In this document: piece by piece, positions 20,213 to 30,943 of the stretch
How the letters are laid out: every line of letters starts with the position of its first letter
Position numbering within the stretch: position 1 is the first letter of the stretch
Source of the DNA: Ignavibacteria bacterium
Lineage (GTDB): Bacteria > Bacteroidota > Ignavibacteria > DATCTW01
Direction of reading: 5' to 3'
Length of the DNA: 64,000 bases
Assembly: GCA_036567745.1 (NCBI GenBank)
Contig: DATCTW010000018.1
Span: forward strand, 194,665-258,664
Notes under the pieces: generated by a model
The model's database searches: none
What the model was told of the DNA's origin: nothing
Seen by the model: the letters and a program-made list of their open reading frames with translations, nothing else
Translations under genes and position numbers: made by a program

Positions 20213-21682
20213 CTACTTTTTTAGTGGATTTAGTTCCACATTTAGCGTTGTCCATCCATCGTTTTTTATATATACATCTTTAATTATTTTTACCTCATAA
20301 CCTTCTTTCATGAAAAACAGATTATATTTTTTATTGGGTCTCAATAAACGGTAATATCTACCAAACTTAGAATCACTAACTCTCCTTGAAATGTCTTCAG
20401 ATTCTATGGAAGGTATCCATACTATCGCACTTAGGGGTTTGCCAGTTTTTGCATCTTTAATATTTCCTGTTAAACCTGGTCCAAATCCTTTTCTTAATAT
20501 ATACTTAATCCCTTCAAGATTGCTGTTAACAACTTTTTCCCTACCCTCGCAAGGATAAATATGCGTTCCCTTTCCAGTTTCAATAATAAAATCGAAAACA
20601 CCATATTTTCCATAAAAATAAGTATAAGATTGCCCAACAGTACCTGCACCTCGTTCTGCTTTATAGGTAGTATCGCCATTGAATGTTTTTATACTTGAAG
20701 CTAAACCGGTTGCAATTTCAGTTAAAAGAGAATCATCAGGTGCAAATCTATCTTTCCAATTCCATGGATAGTATATTACTTCTCCTTGACTGTGATAAGA
20801 TATAGAAAGCACAAATTTCTTTTTATTCAAAAGATTTCTTATAGCATTATTTTCAGATTCAGAAAAAGGATATTCTCCTTTATACCTTTCACTACCTACC
20901 TCTTCACTCCCACCAAAAGCCCAATTGAAGTCATAATTTCTATTTAAATCTACACCATCTAAACTATCTAGAATATTGTTATTATTAACATCTCTTGTGT
21001 TTTTTCTCCATACTGGATTCTGGCTTGAGGTAACAATATAATGACCATCAACATTTATTACAGGAACTATATAAATTTCATAACTATCAACCCACTTTGT
21101 AACTTCGTCACTTTTTTTATACTGATTTATCAATAACTTTATTAATTCAGTAGATATTTCTGCACCCAAAATTTCATCAGAATGATGACAGGCATTAATT
21201 AGTATTCCAGGTTTATCCTGTTCAATATTTACATTGTTCGATATTTTAACCGCATAAATATTTCGTTTATCTTTAGTTGTTTTTCCGATAATTATTTTCT
21301 TTATTAATTTGGGATATGATCTAGATAGATTGTCTACAAGACTAATTATTTCATCATAAGTATGATAACAATCTGGTAGCTTTAACGTCTCACCATAATA
21401 GGCTCTTTTTAGTAAATTTAACTTTACAGTATCCTGCATTAAAATTTCTACATTGTACCCTTTTTGACTATAATAATCAATCTCATCTTTGCTGGCTAAC
21501 ATTACTACATGATTATCATAAAAGATAAGAACACGATCTAAATTATAATCTTCAAATTTTATACCCAGATTTTTCAAACCCTCAAGGTTAATTTCCTTAA
21601 TTTGAATTAAGTAATCTCTTTTTATATTTATCTGAGCAAATGCAGAAACAAATACAAATAATAAAAAAATAATTTTTTTCAT
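20213..21682 (-). CDS. Secreted zinc carboxypeptidase, peptidase family M14, with a C-terminal carboxypeptidase-regulatory-like domain
   Basis: The start was moved from 21694 to the ATG at 21682 (GGGAGGG RBS; signal peptide MKKIIFLLFVFVSAFAQ). The M14 HxxE zinc motif 'NACHHSDEILGAE' is present, followed by a C-terminal 'NIKDAKTGKPLSAIVWI' CarbopepD_reg-like fold. Confidence 0.7.
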   Translation of the reverse strand: MKKIIFLLFVFVSAFAQINIKRDYLIQIKEINLEGLKNLGIKFEDYNLDRVLIFYDNHVVMLASKDEIDYYSQKGYNVEILMQDTVKLNLLKRAYYGETLKLPDCYHTYDEIISLVDNLSRSYPKLIKKIIIGKTTKDKRNIYAVKISNNVNIEQDKPGILINACHHSDEILGAEISTELIKLLINQYKKSDEVTKWVDSYEIYIVPVINVDGHYIVTSSQNPVWRKNTRDVNNNNILDSLDGVDLNRNYDFNWAFGGSEEVGSERYKGEYPFSESENNAIRNLLNKKKFVLSISYHSQGEVIYYPWNWKDRFAPDDSLLTEIATGLASSIKTFNGDTTYKAERGAGTVGQSYTYFYGKYGVFDFIIETGKGTHIYPCEGREKVVNSNLEGIKYILRKGFGPGLTGNIKDAKTGKPLSAIVWIPSIESEDISRRVSDSKFGRYYRLLRPNKKYNLFFMKEGYEVKIIKDVYIKNDGWTTLNVELNPLKK

Positions 21683-21895
21683 TTTCCCTCCCATAATTAT
21701 AATTTAGCTATAAAATATTATTAATGCAATGAATGACTTAAAAACCTATAATATTTTGCAATTTTTTTTGAAAAGAATTTTTTTTGAATCTATAACCTTT
21801 AAAGTAAATTGAATGCAAACAAGAAAATATTGAATATTAAGCAATAAATGTTTATATTAAAAATTACAAATAAGTATATAAATATTTTACTATAA

Positions 21896-23350
21896 ATGAG
21901 TGACGAACAAACATTAATAGAATTAGTTAAAAACTCTCAAGTAAACAGAAATATTATTTACACACGTATAACACACCCATTTACTGGTAAAAAATTACCC
22001 CAAAGAACATTCTTTGTTTTATTAAGAAAATATGCGACCCAATTTTTAAGTCAAGGAGCTGAACCAAGAATGATTGGGCTTGCTGGTTTACGTGGCACAG
22101 GTAAAACAACACTTTTGTGGCAAATAGCAGAAGAAATTTTCAATAAAAAATATCGCGTCTATTTTTTTAATGTTAATTCAATTATTCAATCCGGTTATAA
22201 CTTACACATAGCATTAGAAGCTTTTCAAAAATACGTTCTACAAAAAAGATTCAGAGAGTATACCAATCCAATTGTACTACTTTTCGATGAGGTTCACGAT
22301 GATAAAGATTGGGCAAAAACTTTAAAAATACTATATGATGAAGCACGAACAGCTTTTATTATTTGTACAGGTTCTTCAGCATTGCTCTTAAATCAAACTG
22401 CGGATTTAGCACGTAGAATGAAAATCGAAAAAGTATATCCCTTCAGATTTAACGAGTTCATCAGAGCTAAAAGTTTTTTTGAAAACAACAAACAAATTCT
22501 TCCTGAAAAAAATGTTTCAAATGACTTGAAGAATATTTTATTTTATAGTGATAACATCATAAGCCTTCAAGAAAATTTGAAAAATGTTACTCAAAGAATA
22601 AATAAATATTTGTTGAATATAGAAGAACGAATCATAAAAAATAATAATAAAATAGATTTGGTAGAAGAGTATATAAAATATCATAATATCCCTGGCTATA
22701 TTCTATACAAAGAAAAACTCCAAATATTAGAAAGCATTTTGTCTCTTTTTGAAAGGATTATTTACGAAGATGTACCTAAGTATAATTCTAAAATAGTAGT
22801 ATCTGGAGAAAAAATAAAAAAATTACTTAACCAACTAGCTATTTCTGATGTAATAAACGTTGATACAATTTCAAAAAAAACAGGGATTAAAAGAGATGAA
22901 TTAGATTTAATTTTGGATTTACTGGATAAGGCAGAAGTATTGAATGTTCTAAATGTATATGGAGGTGCTGAAACTCGCATTTGGAAAAATAAAAAAGCAT
23001 TTTTTATGTCCCCTTCCTTGCGGCTAGCTTTACTTTCTCAAATATACAATATAAATATTCCTGAAATGTACGAAAGTAAATTATATGAAGATATTGTTAT
23101 AATGTATTTAAGAAAAACTTTAAATAACAATATATTTTTTTCATTTAAACAAGAGAATAAAAATCCAGATTTTATTATCGAAACTATAGATAAACCTATT
23201 GCTCTTGAAGTTGGGAAGGGAAAAACAAATACAAGCCAATTATTAAACATTGATACACGTTATGGAATTTTAGTTACAAATGGTATCACTGATTATGCAA
23301 TAAAGAATAATGTTTTATTACTACCTTTTAATTGGTTTTTATTATTATAA
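21896..23350 (+). CDS. AAA+ ATPase with a C-terminal DUF4143 domain (AAA_14 family ATP-binding protein)
   Basis: Walker A 'GLRGTGKTTLLWQIAEE' and Walker B 'VLLFDEVHD'. Length about 480 aa. Confidence 0.55.
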   Translation: MSDEQTLIELVKNSQVNRNIIYTRITHPFTGKKLPQRTFFVLLRKYATQFLSQGAEPRMIGLAGLRGTGKTTLLWQIAEEIFNKKYRVYFFNVNSIIQSGYNLHIALEAFQKYVLQKRFREYTNPIVLLFDEVHDDKDWAKTLKILYDEARTAFIICTGSSALLLNQTADLARRMKIEKVYPFRFNEFIRAKSFFENNKQILPEKNVSNDLKNILFYSDNIISLQENLKNVTQRINKYLLNIEERIIKNNNKIDLVEEYIKYHNIPGYILYKEKLQILESILSLFERIIYEDVPKYNSKIVVSGEKIKKLLNQLAISDVINVDTISKKTGIKRDELDLILDLLDKAEVLNVLNVYGGAETRIWKNKKAFFMSPSLRLALLSQIYNINIPEMYESKLYEDIVIMYLRKTLNNNIFFSFKQENKNPDFIIETIDKPIALEVGKGKTNTSQLLNIDTRYGILVTNGITDYAIKNNVLLLPFNWFLLL

Positions 23351-23368
23351 AAAAATTTTAGGATTAAG

Positions 23369-23815
23369 ATGATTTTCGATGAAATAAAAAATTGGGAGAA
23401 ATATAAATATATTCACCCTAAATTTGAAGATGCTTTCAAATTTTTAAATAATAATGATATTATAAATATTCCTCCTGGTGAATATCTGATAAATGGAAGA
23501 GAATTATATGTCTCTATTTCAAAAGAAGAACCAAGTAATAAAATAAACTATCTTGAAGCTCATAGGGAATATATTGATATACAAATTGCTATTTCTGGTT
23601 CATTTGAAATTGGCCATAAATTCACCAGCGAATGCAAATCTATTATTAAAGAATATAATTCTGAAAAAGATGTAGAATTTTTTGAAGATTCACCTAATTC
23701 AAAAATACTTCTATCAGAAAAAATGTTTGCTGTTTTCTTTCCAAATGACGGACACTTACCGTATCCGCCAAAAAATAATTTGATAAAAGCTGTATTTAAA
23801 TTAAAAATAAAATAA
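23369..23815 (+). CDS. YhcH/YjgK/YiaL (DUF386, EbgC-like) family protein
   Basis: It is 148 aa. 'EAHREYIDIQIAISGSFEIGH' and 'FFPNDGHLP' match the family's conserved blocks. Confidence 0.5.
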   Translation: MIFDEIKNWEKYKYIHPKFEDAFKFLNNNDIINIPPGEYLINGRELYVSISKEEPSNKINYLEAHREYIDIQIAISGSFEIGHKFTSECKSIIKEYNSEKDVEFFEDSPNSKILLSEKMFAVFFPNDGHLPYPPKNNLIKAVFKLKIK

Positions 23816-23819
23816 TATT

Positions 23820-25907
23820 TTATTTCAAAAATATCATCTTGCCTGTTTTGAAAGAATTACTATTTCTTATAGTATAAAAGTATGTGCCACCTGAAATATT
23901 TTTAGGCACCCATTCTACTATATGAACACCTGGTTGCAAATCTTTAAATTCATTTTTATAAACGCTTTTACCCAAAATATCATAAACCTCAAATAAGTAA
24001 TTATCTTCTATTTTAGTTTCAAAAACAATTTTAGTTGAAGGATTAAAAGGGTTTGGATAGTTTTGATGTAATATAAAATCTGAAGGCAATGTATTCTTCT
24101 TTTCAACAAGTAGAGTAGAATTCACTTCTTTAATTTTAATATTATTAATACCCCATCCACCTAATGCGATATATTGACCATCATTATTAAAAGTAACTTT
24201 GGTAGGATACCCTGTTGAATACTCAAAGTAACCATTTATGATAAAATCAGAAATTCTCAAAAATTTAACACTGCCCCCTTTTTCAACAAATACTATTTTA
24301 TTATCGTTTAATGAAAAATCTAGAATTTCTTTATTATTTTCAAAAGTTCTCAAAACCCCTGTTAAAATGTTTAGCTCAGTTATTTTATTATTCCCTTTTA
24401 AAAAATAGGCATTTTTACCATCAACGGAGACCATAATTTTTCTTATTTTTTCTCCTAAACTGTAATTATTCTTTTTCGAATAGTCATTTGCATCATAAAT
24501 GATTACATTACCATCATTATTACCTACTAAAACAATATTTTTATTTTTTGAGAAAGCAATTGCTTCAATTAAAACAGAGTTACTATCAATTTTTTTTAGC
24601 AACACACCTTTTGAATTATAAGCCTTAAAAATTCCATTAGAATCTGTAATAAAAATCTTAGAAGAGCTATCATTAAAACAAAGTGAAAGAATGGCTGATC
24701 TATTATTAATATTGACCAAAGCCTTGCCAGCAGAAACATCCCACACTTTAACCCAACCATCTTTACTACTGGAAATTATTTTGTTTACATCATTAAAATA
24801 ATGAAGTCCTGTAATGTTAGAACTATGTCCATCTAGTTTTTTTATTAAAAATCCAAATACTGGATCCCATACAAAAATTTTGTTATCAACACCAGAAGTA
24901 ACCAGAGAATAACCATCTGATGAATATTCAATATTATCAACAATGCCTGTATGAGTAGAAATAGATTCTATTAACAAATAAGAATCTTCAATTGTATCCC
25001 AATATCTCAGCAACCCATCTTCACCTATAGATGCTATTCTATTCCCATTTTTAGAAAAAGTAGCAGAATACACTTTTCCAACATGATCCCAGTAAGTATG
25101 TAAAACATCAATTGGGTCTACTCTATATAATCTCACTCTAGTATCTTCACAAGCAGTAACTAATTTAGTACCATCAGGAGAGAACTCTATAGAATAAACA
25201 TATCCCAAATGAGCAAAGCCGATTTTCCAAGATGTAGTATTAGCGATATCCCAAACTCTAATAGTTCTATCTGCACTTGAAGAAGCAAACTTTGATCCAT
25301 CAGGAGATAAACTTAATCCGAGTATGGGGGCAATATGTTCATTATATATTCTAACAATTTGAGAAGAGTTATAATCAAAAAGATATATTTTTGAATCATT
25401 ACCTGCCAATAACACCTTGCCAGTTTCTTTTGTTGCAATTACATTATTCGATAAAGGAATTTGGATTGTATTAATATTCTTTCCTGTAGTAGTATTCCAT
25501 ATTTTAAGTTTATCACTACAAGATACTAATTTATCATCTAAAGTAAAACAAATTGAATTACAGGTATCATCAATTGAGAGCAATAAATTACATTGAGGGA
25601 AAGAATACACCTCAATAATATTATTTGAACCACATACTGCAAATTTATCGCCATTCTGTGAAAACACCAATCTTTTTACACTATTATTCTTGCTTTGTAA
25701 AATTTTATAAATTGAGTTATCAATAGTGTTAAGAATGCGAATAGTTCCATCATCTCCACAGGTTAGCACTTTTAAACCATCTTTAGAAAAAGCCACTGCG
25801 TTAGCGGGTCCAGAGTGACCTTCCCATTCATTAATAAAAGATTGTGAATAAATAATGCCAATAAATAAAAAGAACAAAAAAAATAGTTTAGTAATTCTGT
25901 TTTTCAT
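23820..25907 (-). CDS. Secreted WD40-repeat beta-propeller protein with a T9SS C-terminal sorting domain
   Basis: Signal peptide. Many WD repeats are present ('GTIRILN', 'DRTIRVWD', 'DTRVRLYR', 'DNKIFVWD', 'DGWVKVWD'). The C-terminal 'LHQNYPNPFNPSTKIVFE...YFYTIRN...KMIFLK' is a T9SS CTD. Confidence 0.8.
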   Translation of the reverse strand: MKNRITKLFFLFFLFIGIIYSQSFINEWEGHSGPANAVAFSKDGLKVLTCGDDGTIRILNTIDNSIYKILQSKNNSVKRLVFSQNGDKFAVCGSNNIIEVYSFPQCNLLLSIDDTCNSICFTLDDKLVSCSDKLKIWNTTTGKNINTIQIPLSNNVIATKETGKVLLAGNDSKIYLFDYNSSQIVRIYNEHIAPILGLSLSPDGSKFASSSADRTIRVWDIANTTSWKIGFAHLGYVYSIEFSPDGTKLVTACEDTRVRLYRVDPIDVLHTYWDHVGKVYSATFSKNGNRIASIGEDGLLRYWDTIEDSYLLIESISTHTGIVDNIEYSSDGYSLVTSGVDNKIFVWDPVFGFLIKKLDGHSSNITGLHYFNDVNKIISSSKDGWVKVWDVSAGKALVNINNRSAILSLCFNDSSSKIFITDSNGIFKAYNSKGVLLKKIDSNSVLIEAIAFSKNKNIVLVGNNDGNVIIYDANDYSKKNNYSLGEKIRKIMVSVDGKNAYFLKGNNKITELNILTGVLRTFENNKEILDFSLNDNKIVFVEKGGSVKFLRISDFIINGYFEYSTGYPTKVTFNNDGQYIALGGWGINNIKIKEVNSTLLVEKKNTLPSDFILHQNYPNPFNPSTKIVFETKIEDNYLFEVYDILGKSVYKNEFKDLQPGVHIVEWVPKNISGGTYFYTIRNSNSFKTGKMIFLK

Positions 25908-26020
25908 AGCTTCATTAAAAATTTTTTAATTTCTTAACATCCCTTTAACATTTAAATAATAGAGATTTTTTATTTTGGTACAAACAAATTGAATATAAAA
26001 ACATTTTAGGAAAAAATCCA

Positions 26021-26434
26021 ATGATAAAAATTGAAAAAAGAGGTTTTGGTTTTAAGATTACTTTTAGTGGTATACTTAAATCTTCGTTTGTTAGCGAAAT
26101 AAGAGAAAAACTTTTTATTCTACTATCTACTAATAACAATCCCTGTTCTTTATATATGGATTTTCAAAATACAAGATATGTATCTCAAGAAGTTATCGAT
26201 GAAATAATTTTCTTAAGAAAATTTTTTCAAAAGGGATATTTATTAAGAACAACTATAATACTAAAAAAACGTGGAGATGAAATAATTTTTAGAAACTTAA
26301 GAATTCCTTTCGATAAGAATGAAAGAGTAATTTACTCGAACGAAAACTATAACTATGAAATTGATGGTATTAACTGGCTAACAAGAGAAATTGAGCCGGA
26401 TCCAAAAATTTATAAAAAGGTAAAAGCCGTGTAA
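26021..26434 (+). CDS. Hypothetical protein (weak STAS-like resemblance)
   Basis: 137 aa, ATG start. I recognise no confident family. Confidence 0.35.
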   Translation: MIKIEKRGFGFKITFSGILKSSFVSEIREKLFILLSTNNNPCSLYMDFQNTRYVSQEVIDEIIFLRKFFQKGYLLRTTIILKKRGDEIIFRNLRIPFDKNERVIYSNENYNYEIDGINWLTREIEPDPKIYKKVKAV

Positions 26435-26470
26435 TTTAAAAGAAATTTATTACTATTTATCTATAAATTT

Positions 26471-27727
26471 CTAAGGTTTCCATTCTGCCCATTTTACCGA
26501 TTGAAGCAAGCTCTTAAATGAATTGTAAATATTTTCTATTTCCTGATTTTTATCAATTTCTGATTTTATATTTTTATTTTCTTTGATAACCTCTTCACTT
26601 CTCTTAAGATAAAACTCTCTTAATTCAGATAACTTTTTTACACTATTTGCTTGATCTTTTAATATAGAAGCGTCTTCTTGAGCATTATTATACCAATCCA
26701 GAACATTACTCGGAATAGTCAAAGCAGATAAATTATAAGGTACGGCACCAAATAAATCATTAGGCTGAGGGATTCCACTTCCCCAATCAATATAATTTTT
26801 TATTACTGATTTTAAAATATTATTAGAAAATTGCATTTGTTTATTCAATAAAATCTTATTAATTTCCTGTGCATTACCATTAACAATAGAATGCACTTTT
26901 TTCCAATCATTAAACAATTTTTTTAAGTTGTCAAGTTTTTTCATTCCTTTATCAGCAGGTGTTCCATAAAAAATAATTTTACAATTAAAATTTTTATTGT
27001 CTTTCTTTAAATCATTTAATCTAAGTTTTATATTTTCTAAATTCTCTTTGAATCCAGCTATATTTGATTTTGCAAGCTCAAACTTACCATCTAAAATTTG
27101 TTTTGAAATTAAGTCATACCTTTCCTGAAGAGATTCAAGTCTGAATTTCAAATCATCATCTCTATTACCACTTGCAGAAATATTTGAAGAATTAAACCAG
27201 GCTTCACCTTCATCTACAATAATTACAAAGGATGCTTCAGCTTCATTTACTTCATCCTCCTCTTTAACACTACCTTGAGCAAATCTTTTATAATGCCACT
27301 TTGAAGTTACCTTTACTTTCAATTGATATTCACCTTTTTTCTTAGGAACAATTAATTCAGCAGTATTTTTATCGTTATCTGGTTTTAAATCATTATTTAA
27401 CTGACCAAACCAATTTGCTTTTTCTTCAACTAAATTCCAGATACCTTTAAAACTTGGCGGTATTGTATACTCTAAATGATCCTCTCCATAACTAACAATT
27501 GTTGTATTTTTCCCAATATTTGCATATTTATATGGCTCCATACACCAAGACCTTCTACCACCAAATACCATAGCTTTCAAAATTACTTTTTCAGAAGCAC
27601 GCAAAGTAATTTTTGAATTATTTTCATATCTCGAATTATTCACAAATAAAGACACATAAGGTTTTGGCACCTCTTCTGCAAAAAGAGAAAAACCAAAAAT
27701 TAATAAAAAGAAGAATATTTTTTTCAT
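26471..27727 (-). CDS. Hypothetical secreted protein with a C-terminal coiled-coil region
   Basis: The track start is TTG (27769). I moved it to the ATG at 27727 (GGAG RBS; signal peptide MKKIFFFLLIFGFSLFA). Confidence 0.5.
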   Translation of the reverse strand: MKKIFFFLLIFGFSLFAEEVPKPYVSLFVNNSRYENNSKITLRASEKVILKAMVFGGRRSWCMEPYKYANIGKNTTIVSYGEDHLEYTIPPSFKGIWNLVEEKANWFGQLNNDLKPDNDKNTAELIVPKKKGEYQLKVKVTSKWHYKRFAQGSVKEEDEVNEAEASFVIIVDEGEAWFNSSNISASGNRDDDLKFRLESLQERYDLISKQILDGKFELAKSNIAGFKENLENIKLRLNDLKKDNKNFNCKIIFYGTPADKGMKKLDNLKKLFNDWKKVHSIVNGNAQEINKILLNKQMQFSNNILKSVIKNYIDWGSGIPQPNDLFGAVPYNLSALTIPSNVLDWYNNAQEDASILKDQANSVKKLSELREFYLKRSEEVIKENKNIKSEIDKNQEIENIYNSFKSLLQSVKWAEWKP

Positions 27728-27842
27728 TTTATTCTCCAATAAAATATTTTGTATAATAAATTTAAACAATTAATAATACATAAGCAAATATTTCTAATTG
27801 GAATGTAAGCGTGAAATCTAAATTTTAAAAAAGGAAGGGAAA

Positions 27843-27880
27843 GGGTTGTTTGATTTACAAAAATTGAATTTTAACAACCC
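27843..27880 (-). terminator. Candidate rho-independent terminator downstream of the NamZ-like gene
   Basis: GGGTTGTT...(22 nt)...AACAACCC stem, followed on the minus strand by a T-run (plus-strand AAAAAAGGAAGGGAAA at 27827-27842). The long loop lowers confidence. Confidence 0.35.
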
Positions 27881-27904
27881 ATATTCTTCTCTTAATAATA
27901 TTTA

Positions 27905-29116
27905 TTAATCATATAATAGGTATTTTTCTCTTTTTTGTAGAAACTCTTTTACATTAAAAGAACTATTTGAATATATCTTTTCAGGCTCATTACCATCATC
28001 AATCATTTTTCTAATCACATCAGTACCTGAAAGTAAATCAATATAATAATGGCCAGTTGATTTTGATCTTGGTCTCCAATTAAAATCATCTGGATACATT
28101 TCTTTTATTTTACTTAAAAGATACATGGCAACTTTTACAGGCTCATAAATATTTCTATTAATAATTTCTATAAATATACCCGAACATTTTTCTGATACAT
28201 ATTTGGGTTTATTGGTTATCTTATTAATATTTTTAGGTGTAAAATGAACTGGTTTAAAAACTACTCCAGGAAGATTAAATTTATTCATTTCTTCTGCTAA
28301 TAATTTACCATCAATAAATGGAGCTCCCACAAGCTCAAAAGGATGGTTAGTCCCTCTTCCTTCGGATATATTTGTACCTTCAAAAAAGCATGTACCCGGA
28401 TATATTATTGCTGTTTTAATTGAAGTCATATTTGGTGATGGTTTTATCCATTCTAATCCAGTATCATCATACCATAATGATCTATTCCAGCCTTCCATTT
28501 TTATTACAGTGAGATTAGCTTTTAATCCACTATCTAACCAACCTTCAGAATTAACAAGCATTCCAAGCTCTCCAATAGTCATACCATGAATAACAGGAAT
28601 AGGCACCAATCCAACAAAAGATTTAAATTCAGGGTCTAAAACTGGTCCTTCAATTCTTAATCCAGTAATTGGATTAGGTCTATCTAAAATTACATAATCG
28701 ATATTATTTTCTGCTGCTGCTTCCATTGTGAGAAATAGAGTGCTGATATAAGTATAGAAACGAGCCCCGATATCCTGTATATCATATACCAAAAGATCTA
28801 TACCTTCTAACATATCTGGTGTCGGTTTGTTTATTTTACCATATAAAGAATATATTTTGATTTTTGTTTTTGGATCTTCTTCGTGACTAATTTTCATTCC
28901 ATCAGGGGAATCACCTCTAATGCCATGTTCAGGTCCAAAAAAGGACATTATTTTGATATCCTTATTTTCATATAAGGCATCTGCAAGATGAACACCATTT
29001 GATAAATATGCAGAATGATTAGTAATTAGTCCTATTCTTTTTCCTTTTAAAAGTTTAAAATCCTTTTCAGATAAAATATCAGCACCAACTTTAATTTTAC
29101 CGCGATTTGATCCCAT
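27905..29116 (-). CDS. DUF1343 family protein (exo-beta-N-acetylmuramidase NamZ-like)
   Basis: The N-terminus 'GADILSEKDFKLLKGKRIGLITNHSAY' matches the DUF1343/NamZ start (G.D.L....LKGKRVGLITNQTG). Confidence 0.6.
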   Translation of the reverse strand: MGSNRGKIKVGADILSEKDFKLLKGKRIGLITNHSAYLSNGVHLADALYENKDIKIMSFFGPEHGIRGDSPDGMKISHEEDPKTKIKIYSLYGKINKPTPDMLEGIDLLVYDIQDIGARFYTYISTLFLTMEAAAENNIDYVILDRPNPITGLRIEGPVLDPEFKSFVGLVPIPVIHGMTIGELGMLVNSEGWLDSGLKANLTVIKMEGWNRSLWYDDTGLEWIKPSPNMTSIKTAIIYPGTCFFEGTNISEGRGTNHPFELVGAPFIDGKLLAEEMNKFNLPGVVFKPVHFTPKNINKITNKPKYVSEKCSGIFIEIINRNIYEPVKVAMYLLSKIKEMYPDDFNWRPRSKSTGHYYIDLLSGTDVIRKMIDDGNEPEKIYSNSSFNVKEFLQKREKYLLYD

Positions 29117-29134
29117 TATTCTACATTACTCCTT

Positions 29135-30079
29135 TTACAGTTCCTTTTTCAATACAACAAAACGTCTGGTTTCTTTAAAACCAAATTTACTATATACTTT
29201 AGCAGCTAAATCATCAGTCCAAAGTACCCATGCATCATGAAAACCATACATTCTCATTTTTTCAAGTGTTCTCCCTAAAAGAATTGTTCCAATACCTTTA
29301 CCTTGATGACTATCTGCAACGCCAAAAGGTCCAAAATGAGAACCTTCAAATTGACAATAACCTATAACTTTTTCATTTTGAACTGCTATAGTTATTTGAT
29401 CTTGATGAAAAAGATTTCTTGTCATATCCATAAGGTTATGTCTGGCGACCCTATACCAATCTGAAGTCATGCTTCTCATAAAATCTATGTAAGATAAAAT
29501 ATATTTTTGCTGATAAGATATAATCTCAATTCCTTCGGATTTTAACTTTTCAACTTTTGCTTTAAACTCATTACCCAAATCCAATAAAGTAATATTGGCA
29601 TCCATACTTAGTGGACGATATACCTCTTTGAATCCAAAATATTCAAGAAAAGAGATTGTATCTTTGTATAATTTTACATCAAGACCAGGTACAAAATATC
29701 CATAAGGATATGTAGCAATGTAACACTCCTTTTTACCATCTTTCTTAAATTTATCAAGCAAAGTATTTAACATTTTTTTCCCTAATCCTTTCTTTCTGTA
29801 TTCTTTTGAAATAGCAAAGGAAGTAATCCATGATCTAATATTTTGAGGATCAACATCGGGGTAAATTACCTCTTTAACTGTTGCACCAACAATAAAACCT
29901 ACGATTTTATTACCATCTTTAGCTACGAGTACATTTTCAGGCTCAAAATGTTCATCAAGAATAACTTTAGCAATAAATAGATTTTTATTTATGCTATCTA
30001 TAGGTAGTTCTTCGTTCCATAAATCTACTATTCCATCAATATCTTCACCTGTTATTGGCAATATTTTTATATTTTCCAT
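29135..30079 (-). CDS. Tandem-GNAT N-acetyltransferase (two GNAT domains)
   Basis: The track start is GTG (30085), and the ATG at 30079 gives MENIKILPITGEDIDGI. GNAT motif A occurs twice ('RKKGLGKKML', 'QGKGIGTILLG'). It is a paralogue of the gene at 34243..35175. Confidence 0.7.
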   Translation of the reverse strand: MENIKILPITGEDIDGIVDLWNEELPIDSINKNLFIAKVILDEHFEPENVLVAKDGNKIVGFIVGATVKEVIYPDVDPQNIRSWITSFAISKEYRKKGLGKKMLNTLLDKFKKDGKKECYIATYPYGYFVPGLDVKLYKDTISFLEYFGFKEVYRPLSMDANITLLDLGNEFKAKVEKLKSEGIEIISYQQKYILSYIDFMRSMTSDWYRVARHNLMDMTRNLFHQDQITIAVQNEKVIGYCQFEGSHFGPFGVADSHQGKGIGTILLGRTLEKMRMYGFHDAWVLWTDDLAAKVYSKFGFKETRRFVVLKKEL

Positions 30080-30086
30080 AAACACC

Positions 30087-30785
30087 TCAAAAACTTTTAA
30101 TTTTTACTTTTTTATTGATTGATTCTATATCAAAAGCACAGGCATACTTATAACCACTTTCACAACCTCTTAATCTGAAAAGTGATTTATAATAATCGAA
30201 ATAAGGGAAATCGGAAATACCACCTCTAAAAAGTTCATATTTTTTAACACATCTTTCCCAATCATTAATTGTATCAGAAATATCATAGTAAATATAAGGT
30301 GTAAACTCATCCATATCTTCCCAATTCTCTGTAAAATATATTCCTTTAAAATTTTTATTTGGAGTAAATTCACTCTCTACACCTTCTAAAACAGAAAGTA
30401 ATGTACCATCCATTGATATTGTATGAGTATAAGCGTGATCTTTGTGTATGCTTCTTCTCCAATGGGTAATAATATGGGTTGGTTTTAATCTTCTTATAAC
30501 TTCTGAAACAAATTTTACTGCTTCTTCATTATTAGGTAACTCTCCATCACCATAAGGACCAAAAATAACCTCTGCACCCAATACTTTACCAGCTTCAAGA
30601 GCCTCTTTCTTTTTTTGTTCTGCATATTTTAATGGATGTAATTTTTTATGTCCTCTTTCCCCAAGAGTCATATGTAAAATTGCGATATCACTTTTCAATT
30701 TTTTTTCTTTTGCTAAAACAGCCCCTGTTGTAATTTCTACATCACCACAATGAGCACCTATAGCTAAAATTAATTTCTTTGCCAT
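30087..30785 (-). CDS. PIG-L/LmbE family N-acetylglucosaminyl deacetylase
   Basis: 'ILAIGAHCGDVEITTGAVLAK' is a variant of the LmbE 'AHPDDE' zinc motif. 'HMTLGERG' and a conserved 'HKDH' are also present. Confidence 0.55.
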   Translation of the reverse strand: MAKKLILAIGAHCGDVEITTGAVLAKEKKLKSDIAILHMTLGERGHKKLHPLKYAEQKKKEALEAGKVLGAEVIFGPYGDGELPNNEEAVKFVSEVIRRLKPTHIITHWRRSIHKDHAYTHTISMDGTLLSVLEGVESEFTPNKNFKGIYFTENWEDMDEFTPYIYYDISDTINDWERCVKKYELFRGGISDFPYFDYYKSLFRLRGCESGYKYACAFDIESINKKVKIKSF

Positions 30786-30943
30786 AATTATAACCTCTTT
30801 TAATAAAAACTATTTTTTTTCAGATTTAGATAATAAATCAGATAAATCTTTAAAACCGAAAAATATTACAACACCTGCAATAATAAAAAAGATAGATGAA
30901 AATATATAAAAAAGAATCATCCATATAGTGCTAGCTAAATCCA